In this document: positions 57,736-64,000 of the stretch, piece after piece
Layout: each line of letters starts with the position of its first letter
Position numbering within the stretch: position 1 is the first letter of the stretch
Assembly: GCA_039698035.1 (NCBI GenBank)
Contig: JBDKSW010000019.1
Span: 66,140 to 130,139, forward strand
Direction of reading: 5' to 3'
Source: Thermoguttaceae bacterium
GTDB taxonomy: Bacteria; Planctomycetota; Planctomycetia; Pirellulales; Thermoguttaceae
DNA length: 64,000 bases
Notes under the pieces: model-generated
What the model was told of the DNA's origin: nothing
The model's database searches: none
Seen by the model: only the letters and a program-made list of their open reading frames with translations
Position numbers and translations under genes: made by a program

Positions 57736-58379
57736 CACGCCATCCCATCCAACGAACGCTCAAACGCGGGCTCGACGTGGCCGTAGCCGTCACCGTGTTG
57801 CTGCTCGCACTGCCTGCCATGGCGTGTGTTGCCGTGGCCATTTTCCGGCGGATGGGCCAACCCGTCCTGTTCCGCCAACAGCGTCCTGGACTCGGGGAAC
57901 GCCCGTTCCTCCTGTACAAGTTCCGCACGATGGACGATTCTCGCGGACCTGACGGACGGCCGCTGCCCGACGCGCAACGGCTCACCCGCCTGGGCCAGTT
58001 CCTCCGCCGCACCAGCCTCGACGAGTTGCCGCAGTTGTGGAACGTGCTTCGCGGCGAGATGAGCCTCGTGGGACCTCGCCCGCTGCGATGCGATTATCTC
58101 CCCTACTTCACGTCCCACGAACGACTGCGCCATTCCGTGCGACCGGGCATCACCGGCTGGGCGCAGATTCATGGCCGCAACGAGGCCTCGTGGGATCAGC
58201 GATTCGCCAACGATGTGTGGTACGTCGAGCATTGGAGTTTGTGGCTCGATGGCCGAATCCTGTGGTCGACGGCTTGGCAGGTGTTTCGCGGCCGAGGAAT
58301 CGTCGTCGACGCCGCCTCGATCATGAAAAATCTCGACGACGAAAGACGCTCCATGGTCATCGGAAAGACCGTCTCTTGA
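57732..58379 (+). CDS. Small monotopic phosphoglycosyl transferase (bacterial sugar transferase, PglC/WbpL-class initiating enzyme)
   Basis: 215 aa. It has KRGLDVAVAVTVLLLALP (re-entrant helix), KFRTM, LDELPQLWNVLRGEMSLVGPRP and GITGWAQI. Confidence 0.85.
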   Translation: MTRHPIQRTLKRGLDVAVAVTVLLLALPAMACVAVAIFRRMGQPVLFRQQRPGLGERPFLLYKFRTMDDSRGPDGRPLPDAQRLTRLGQFLRRTSLDELPQLWNVLRGEMSLVGPRPLRCDYLPYFTSHERLRHSVRPGITGWAQIHGRNEASWDQRFANDVWYVEHWSLWLDGRILWSTAWQVFRGRGIVVDAASIMKNLDDERRSMVIGKTVS

Positions 58380-59194
58380 GCCAACGATCCGTCACATTTC
58401 GGCCCGCTGCGCCAACCGACGCTCCGGCGATTGTCCGCGTCATCCGCGAAGCCTTCCCCGCGAGGCTCGTCGGCGCGATGATCTACGGATGCCACGGCGT
58501 CGCGGGTTTCGTGGCCGAGCAAATCCGCGTGCAACAACTCGGGGGTGAAACCTGCTATGCCGTTGCATGTGACGGCGGCCGGGTTGTCGGCTGTGCAGAA
58601 ATGCGATGTCAGCCGAATCGTCTGTTTCTGACTTACATTGCCATCCAACCAGATTATCGCCGCCAAGGCCTTGGCGGCCGCCTGCTGCACGCGGCCATTG
58701 AGGCGGCCGGCGCCGACGCGGCGGAGTTCGCGCTAGACGTCTTCGATTTCAGCGACGGCGCTCGCCAGTGGTACCGACATCTCGGCCTCGAACAGCGCGA
58801 TGCGTTCTCCTGGTGGCAGATTGCGCCGACCGACGATGCCCCGGCGCCCGTCCGACTCAGCGGTTACGCTCAGGCCCAGGCGTGCCATCGCGACTTCGGA
58901 TTCTCGCAATTCAGCCTGACCGCGGCCGACACACGGTATGAAATCGGCCGCCTCGGAGATCAGTGGTATCGCTTGACCGACGCTTCCGCTCTGACGGTCC
59001 CGGGCCTGATCGCCGCGATCACACGGCTCTCGCCGCAACGAGACGTACTGCTCGTGGCAAAGACCTCAGCACTCGACTCTTCGCCGAACCGTGCCAGCGA
59101 AATCGCGCGATCCCAGCGCCTCGCCGGGCCGCTGGCGACTGTCCTACAACGCTTGACGGAAAAGGAATTGGAACGTGCCCAAGGACGGCAATAG
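58376..59194 (+). CDS. GNAT-family N-acetyltransferase with extra C-terminal domain
   Basis: There is no in-frame ATG. TTG at 58376 forms a TTGA overlap with the preceding stop. The GNAT core is VVGCAEMR...LTYIAIQPDYRRQGLGGRLLHAAIE. Confidence 0.6.
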   Translation: MSQRSVTFRPAAPTDAPAIVRVIREAFPARLVGAMIYGCHGVAGFVAEQIRVQQLGGETCYAVACDGGRVVGCAEMRCQPNRLFLTYIAIQPDYRRQGLGGRLLHAAIEAAGADAAEFALDVFDFSDGARQWYRHLGLEQRDAFSWWQIAPTDDAPAPVRLSGYAQAQACHRDFGFSQFSLTAADTRYEIGRLGDQWYRLTDASALTVPGLIAAITRLSPQRDVLLVAKTSALDSSPNRASEIARSQRLAGPLATVLQRLTEKELERAQGRQ

Positions 59195-60200
59195 CATCGA
59201 CAAGACAGCGGCCGACGCAATGGCATTTGCAAGGCCGTCGCGCCTGTTCGCCAACGCGCGATCGGCGTTCAAGGCATTGCTGGCGGCATTGCAGTTTCGT
59301 CCCGGCGAGCGGATTTTGCTGCCGGCCTACATCGGCTGGTCGGCCAACGAAGGGTCCGGCGTCTTCGATCCGGTCGCCGAACTGAATCTGCCATGCGAGT
59401 TCTACCGCGTCGACGACCGATTGCTGATCGACGTGGATGACTTGGAAAGCCGTTTGCGCACCGGGCAAGTGAAGGCGTTGACGCTGATCCACTATTTCGG
59501 TTATGTCGATCCGCGATATGCCGAGTGTGTCCGCTTGGCCCGGCGTTACGGCGCTTGCGTGATCGAGGACGAGGCGCACGCGTTGTTCTCCGATTGGATA
59601 GGCGGCGTCTGCGGCCGATTGGGCGACGCGTGCGTCTACTCGCTCCACAAGATGCTTCCATGCCAGGGCGGAATGCTCTCCGTCTCTTCCCGACACGCCG
59701 CGTTGCTCGAACGCATCCCCGACAACACAGAGAACGTCCAATCGCCCTGGAGCTACGATCTCTGCGAAATCAGCCGACGCCGCCGCGAAAACGCCCTGTT
59801 TCTGGCCAGCCTCCTGAAGCCGTTGGCCGAAGAACTATCCCTGTTGCGCGAGATGCCTGCGGATGGCCAGGTGCCGCAAACTTTGCCGGTTCTCGTACGG
59901 CGCGCGTCGCGGGACGAGCTTTACTTCGCTCTCAATGAGGCCGGGTTTGGCGCCGTGAGCCTTTATCACACGCTGATCCCGCAAATCAGCGGCGACGCAT
60001 TTTCCGACTCTCACCGACTGTCCCGCACCATCCTCAATCTGCCGGTTCACCAAGACGTGGAACCCCGCCAGCTCGAGGCCTTGGCCGACACGCTGCAACA
60101 ACTGGTGCGAAGCCACGACAACCGCCGCCCACGTTTCCTTTCCACTCGTTCCTGCTCCGTTTCAGACAACACACGCGATGCGCGTCCTGTTTCTCGATAA
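59175..60200 (+). CDS. DegT/DnrJ/EryC1-like PLP-dependent enzyme (divergent)
   Basis: It has ARSAFKALLAAL..GERILLPAYIG, VIEDEAHAL and a Lys motif YSLHKMLPCQGGML. The start is GTG 59175 or ATG 59220. Its 3' end overlaps the next gene by 23 nt. Confidence 0.6.
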   Translation: MPKDGNSIDKTAADAMAFARPSRLFANARSAFKALLAALQFRPGERILLPAYIGWSANEGSGVFDPVAELNLPCEFYRVDDRLLIDVDDLESRLRTGQVKALTLIHYFGYVDPRYAECVRLARRYGACVIEDEAHALFSDWIGGVCGRLGDACVYSLHKMLPCQGGMLSVSSRHAALLERIPDNTENVQSPWSYDLCEISRRRRENALFLASLLKPLAEELSLLREMPADGQVPQTLPVLVRRASRDELYFALNEAGFGAVSLYHTLIPQISGDAFSDSHRLSRTILNLPVHQDVEPRQLEALADTLQQLVRSHDNRRPRFLSTRSCSVSDNTRDARPVSR

Positions 60201-61245
60201 CGCCGTGCCGGCGGATCGCGCCCGGTGGCTGACTGCCCTGCAGTCCTGGCCTGGGCGCGAGGTTTTCGCCCATCCCGATTATGCACGGCTCTTCGCGCGG
60301 CCGATGGATCGCGTCATGTGCGCCACGATGGCGGCCGACGGCGCCGGAGTCCTGTTCCCTTTCCTTCTGCGTCCCCTCGCCGTCGAACCATGGGCCATGC
60401 CGGGCGAAACCGCCTGCGACCTGGTCACCCCCTACGGCTATGGCGGCCCCTTCGCCTGGAATTGCTCGGAACAACACGATGCCGCATTCTGGAACCAGTT
60501 CCAATGCTGGGCCGACGCTCATCGAATCGTCTCGTCGTTTGCCAGGCTCTCGGTGTTTCCAGAACAACAGTTGCCTTTCGCCGGCGAGGTGGCGATCGAT
60601 CGGCCGAATATCGTCCGCAGCCTGGATCTGTCGCCCGACGCCCTGTGGCGCGACTACGAACACAAGGTCCGGAAGAATGTCCAGTGCGCGATCCGTTCCG
60701 GCCTCCGCGTCGTCGTCGACCCGACGGGGCAGCGCATCGACGATTTCGTGGCCATCTATTACGCCACCCTGGACCGTCGCGGGGCGTCCGGCAGCTACTA
60801 TTTCCCGCGGGACTTTTTCGACGGCCTCCTGCGGGACCTGCCCCAGCAGTTCGTCTTCTTTCACGTACTCAGCGAAGGCCGCGTCGTTTCGACCGAACTC
60901 GTGCTGCTCTCGGCCGAAAACATGTATTCGTTCCTTGGCGGAACACTGGCCGAGGCCTATGCCCTCCGACCCAACGACTTGCTGAAACACGAAGCCACCC
61001 TGTGGGGCCGACAGGCCGGCAAGCGCGCCTTCGTGCTCGGTGGCGGCTACGACGGCCAGGACGGCATCTACCGCTACAAAAAATCGTTCGCCCCCCACGG
61101 TGAAAAGCCGTTTCGCGTAGGCCGTCGCATTTTTGACCACGACCGCTATCGCCAACTCGTCGAACGTCGGCGGCAATGGGACGAACGCCACGGCCGAACG
61201 CCGACGCGCCATACGGAATATTTCCCTCAGTACCGGGCTTGCTAG
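60178..61245 (+). CDS. FemAB-like / BioF2-like GNAT-fold (Acetyltransf_6) protein
   Basis: 355 aa. It has ..TPYGYGGPF.., WRDYEHKVRKNVQCAIRSGLRV.., FVAIYYATLDRRGAS..YYFPRDFF and YSFLGGT...RPNDLLKHEA..WGRQAGKRAFVLGGG. This layout matches FemX-type aminoacyl/peptidyl transferase homologues. Confidence 0.6.
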   Translation: MRVLFLDNAVPADRARWLTALQSWPGREVFAHPDYARLFARPMDRVMCATMAADGAGVLFPFLLRPLAVEPWAMPGETACDLVTPYGYGGPFAWNCSEQHDAAFWNQFQCWADAHRIVSSFARLSVFPEQQLPFAGEVAIDRPNIVRSLDLSPDALWRDYEHKVRKNVQCAIRSGLRVVVDPTGQRIDDFVAIYYATLDRRGASGSYYFPRDFFDGLLRDLPQQFVFFHVLSEGRVVSTELVLLSAENMYSFLGGTLAEAYALRPNDLLKHEATLWGRQAGKRAFVLGGGYDGQDGIYRYKKSFAPHGEKPFRVGRRIFDHDRYRQLVERRRQWDERHGRTPTRHTEYFPQYRAC

Positions 61246-61255
61246 GAGCTTAGCG

Positions 61256-62437
61256 ATGGATCGCATCTATCTCTCTCCGCCCCACATGTCACAACAAGAA
61301 AAAACGCTTCTCATCGAGGCGTTCGATTCAAATTGGATCGCACCGCTCGGCCCGCACGTGGATGCGCTCGAGAACGAGTTTGCATCGCTCGTGGGCGTCA
61401 ACCAGGCCGTGGCCCTGTCCTGCGGGACGGCCGGTCTCCACCTGGCCCTGCTCCTGCTCGGCGTCGGCCGCGGCGACGAGGTGTTCACCTCGACGATGAC
61501 CTTCGCCGCGACGGCCAACGCCATCACCTACGTCGGCGCCGAACCCGTCTTCATCGACAGCGACGAAGCCACCTGGAACATGGATCCCCATCTGTTGCTC
61601 GACGAGCTCCGCGCCCGGGCACGCCGCAACAAGCTCCCCAAAGCCGTGGTCTGCGTCGATCTCTATGGCCAATGCGCCGATTACGGCCTAATCCGCCAGG
61701 CGTGCGAGTGGTACAACGTTCCGATCATCGAGGACGCGGCCGAGTCGCTCGGAGCCACCTACGACGGCCAGTCGGCCGGCACCTTCGGCCAACTCGGCAT
61801 CTTCTCGTTCAACGGCAACAAGATCATCACGGCCTCGGGCGGCGGTATGTTGGTTTGCAGCAGCAAGGAGACGGCCGACCGGGCCCGGTTCCTCGCCACG
61901 CAAGCCCGCGACCCAGCGCCCCACTATCAGCATTCCGAAATCGGCTTCAACTATCGGATGAGCAATCTTTTGGCCGCCGTCGGCCGCGGCCAACTGCGCG
62001 TTCTCGAAGATCGCGTGCAGCGTCGGAGAGAAAACTTCGAGTTCTATCGCGATGCGCTCGCCGACGTGCCGGGCGTCGACTTCATGCCCGAGCATCCCCG
62101 CTGCCGCTCGACCCGTTGGCTCACCTGCGCGACGGTCGATCCTAAACGGTTCGGCGCGACGCGCGAGGACGTGCGGCTGACGCTCAATGCGGCCAACATC
62201 GAGTCGCGTCCCACTTGGAAGCCGATGCACCTTCAGCCCGTTTTTGCGCACTGCCGCGCGTGCGGCGGCGCGGTGGCGGAACGCCTGTTCGAGCAGGGGC
62301 TGTGCCTGCCAAGCGGCTCGAACCTCACCGAGGACCAACTGTTGCGAATCGTCAACCTGGTTCGCGCCGTCGGCCATTGCGAGCCGCTTTCGCGCGAGCT
62401 CTCCCCCGTCCTGGAACCGCGTCGGAAGGCCGCGTAG
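61256..62437 (+). CDS. NDP-4-keto-6-deoxy-sugar aminotransferase (DegT family; PglE/WbpE/WecE-like)
   Basis: I start it at ATG 61256 (MDRIYLSPPHMSQQEKTLLIEAFDSNWIAPLGPHV..). It has CGTAGLHLAL, IIEDAAESLGA and the PLP Lys in FSFNGNKIITASGGGML. Confidence 0.85.
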   Translation: MDRIYLSPPHMSQQEKTLLIEAFDSNWIAPLGPHVDALENEFASLVGVNQAVALSCGTAGLHLALLLLGVGRGDEVFTSTMTFAATANAITYVGAEPVFIDSDEATWNMDPHLLLDELRARARRNKLPKAVVCVDLYGQCADYGLIRQACEWYNVPIIEDAAESLGATYDGQSAGTFGQLGIFSFNGNKIITASGGGMLVCSSKETADRARFLATQARDPAPHYQHSEIGFNYRMSNLLAAVGRGQLRVLEDRVQRRRENFEFYRDALADVPGVDFMPEHPRCRSTRWLTCATVDPKRFGATREDVRLTLNAANIESRPTWKPMHLQPVFAHCRACGGAVAERLFEQGLCLPSGSNLTEDQLLRIVNLVRAVGHCEPLSRELSPVLEPRRKAA

Positions 62438-62609
62438 CAGCCTGACGCAGTTGGCCTGTTGGGTTGGCCACGGTTGGCTCGGCCCACCGTGTGCTCCGCA
62501 CTGCGGGCCGAGCCAGCGGCGCAGTACGCCAAATCGCCCACTCTTGCTTCTTGCATCGCATCATTCTCGATGACGATGCGTGCCGCACCGTGCACTCGCG
62601 CTGCGGCCC

Positions 62610-62637
62610 TTGCGTCCCGCCGCACCCAGGCTAAAAT
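62610..62637 (+). promoter_or_regulatory. Weak candidate promoter for nagB (TTGCGT-N16-TAAAAT)
   Basis: The hexamers were read directly. The -35 matches only 3 of 6 positions. Confidence 0.25.
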
Positions 62638-62666
62638 CGCGGGAAAGCCCCCCGAGGAGTCTGCCG

Positions 62667-63413
62667 ATGAATATCGTGATTTGCCGGGACGCCAAGGATC
62701 TTGGGCGGCGAGCGGCCGAGGAGGCCGCGGAACGCATCCGCCAAGCCATCGCCAGGCGAGGCGAAGCCCGAATCATCGTCGCCACCGGGGCATCGCAGTT
62801 CGATGTCTTGGCCGCGCTGGTCGCCGCGCCCGGCATCGACTGGCCCCAAGTCGTCGGCTTTCACCTGGACGAATATCTCGGCGTGCCGATGTCCCATCCG
62901 GCCTCGTTCCGCGGTTACCTGAAGCAGCGGCTCGTCGATCGCGTGCCGCTGGGCGCATTCCACTACATCGACGGCGAGTCCGATCCCGAGGCCGAGTGCC
63001 GCCGCGTCGGCCAGTTAATCGGCGCCCAACCCGTCGATGTGGCCCTGGTGGGAATCGGCGAAAACGGCCACTTGGCCTTCAACGATCCGCCGGCCAACTT
63101 CCAGACCGAGCGACCGTACCTGGTCGTCGAACTGGACGAGGCCTGCCGCCGCCAGCAACTCGGCGAAGGCTGGTTCCCAATCCTGAACGATGTGCCACGC
63201 CGGGCGATCAGCATGTCGATCCGGCAAATCATGAGATCCGAAGCCATCGTTTGCAGCGTGCCCGACCGACGCAAGGCCGAGGCCGTTCGTGCGACGGTCG
63301 AGGATCCGGTCAGCCCAAGAACGCCCGCCTCCATTTTGCGACAGCACCCGCGGGCAACACTCTATCTCGATCCCCCCGCCGCATCGATGCTCTCGCCCTG
63401 TCCCGTCCCATGA
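62667..63413 (+). CDS. nagB: Glucosamine-6-phosphate deaminase/isomerase (NagB family)
   Basis: I start it at ATG 62667. It has [15 protein letters not shown] and [16 protein letters not shown]. Confidence 0.8.
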   Translation: MNIVICRDAKDLGRRAAEEAAERIRQAIARRGEARIIVATGASQFDVLAALVAAPGIDWPQVVGFHLDEYLGVPMSHPASFRGYLKQRLVDRVPLGAFHYIDGESDPEAECRRVGQLIGAQPVDVALVGIGENGHLAFNDPPANFQTERPYLVVELDEACRRQQLGEGWFPILNDVPRRAISMSIRQIMRSEAIVCSVPDRRKAEAVRATVEDPVSPRTPASILRQHPRATLYLDPPAASMLSPCPVP

Positions 63414-64000
63414 CGCTTCGACCTTCGGCCGCCGCCGCACCAACGTTCGTCGACCTTCAGGTCAACGGCTACGCGGGCGTTGATTTCAACCAGGACGATC
63501 TGAGCGCGGCCGATCTGCAACGCGTCTGCCGCCGGCTTCGTGAAGATGGCGTGGCCGTCTTTTTGGCCACCATCATCACCGACGAGCTGCCGCGGATGGA
63601 GGCCCGGCTTGCGCGGATCGCCGCCATTCGCCGCCAAGAGCCGCTCGTCCGCGACGTTCTTGGTGGCATCCACGTCGAAGGACCGTTCATCAGCGACTTG
63701 CCAGGCTACCACGGGGCGCATCCCCGCGAACTGGTCCGACCAGCCAGCGTCGACGCCATGAAGCGGCTCTTGGACGCCGCCGAGGGCCTCGTGCGGCTCG
63801 TCACGCTCGCCCCCGAGTGCGACCCGGGGCTCAAGCTCGTTCGCTATCTGGCCGACCGAAACACTCTTGTCTCCGCCGGCCACTGCAACCCGAGTCTCGC
63901 CGAGCTCCGCGCGGCCGTCGACGCCGGACTCTCGCTGTTCACCCATCTCGGCAACGGTTGTCCAACGATGTTGCCGCGTCACGACAACATCATTCAGCGA
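63410..64000 (+). CDS. nagA: N-acetylglucosamine-6-phosphate deacetylase (NagA), 5' 197 codons; continues beyond the window
   Basis: Absent from the track because it has no stop in the window. ATG at 63410 forms an ATGA overlap with the nagB stop. It reads [52 protein letters not shown].. and stays open to position 64000. Confidence 0.7.
   Translation, partial: MTLRPSAAAAPTFVDLQVNGYAGVDFNQDDLSAADLQRVCRRLREDGVAVFLATIITDELPRMEARLARIAAIRRQEPLVRDVLGGIHVEGPFISDLPGYHGAHPRELVRPASVDAMKRLLDAAEGLVRLVTLAPECDPGLKLVRYLADRNTLVSAGHCNPSLAELRAAVDAGLSLFTHLGNGCPTMLPRHDNIIQR

Overview
This is a 64-kb high-G+C bacterial chromosomal segment. Its gene content looks like Planctomycetota (Pirellulales-type), but that is inference only. 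The cues are TPR-tailed PMT/DUF1736-like membrane proteins, DUF4139, a Pro-rich anti-sigma-like membrane protein, a membrane Ser/Thr kinase and a porin-like protein. I support 53 protein-coding genes. Two of them are missing from the ORF track because they run off the window edges. I found no rRNA, tRNA, CRISPR array, transposase or integrase. Positions 1-38 kb are mostly housekeeping: lexA, glgP, mnmA, prfB with its +1 frameshift, terC, a lipB-like gene, smpB, an ABC/FtsX/DUF3299 operon, pheA, an orphan gspF-like gene, dnaG-rpoD, recG, a radical SAM gene, a membrane protease and a kinase. Positions 38.1-39.3 kb hold an AT-shifted, tightly coupled three-gene cassette of unknown function with its own near-consensus promoter. 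This cassette is my best candidate for an undescribed system, possibly toxin-antitoxin or abortive-infection-like. Positions 39.6-62.4 kb hold a porin-like gene followed by an 18-gene, single-strand Wzx/Wzy-type polysaccharide locus. The locus combines an L-FucNAc module (fnlABC-wbuB) with a PglF/PglC/PglE-type 4-amino-sugar module that is interrupted by GNAT, DegT-like and FemAB-like genes. nagB-nagA follow the locus. All family calls come from motif recognition by eye, and no searches were run. Most long track ORFs lying antisense to these genes are high-GC artefacts.
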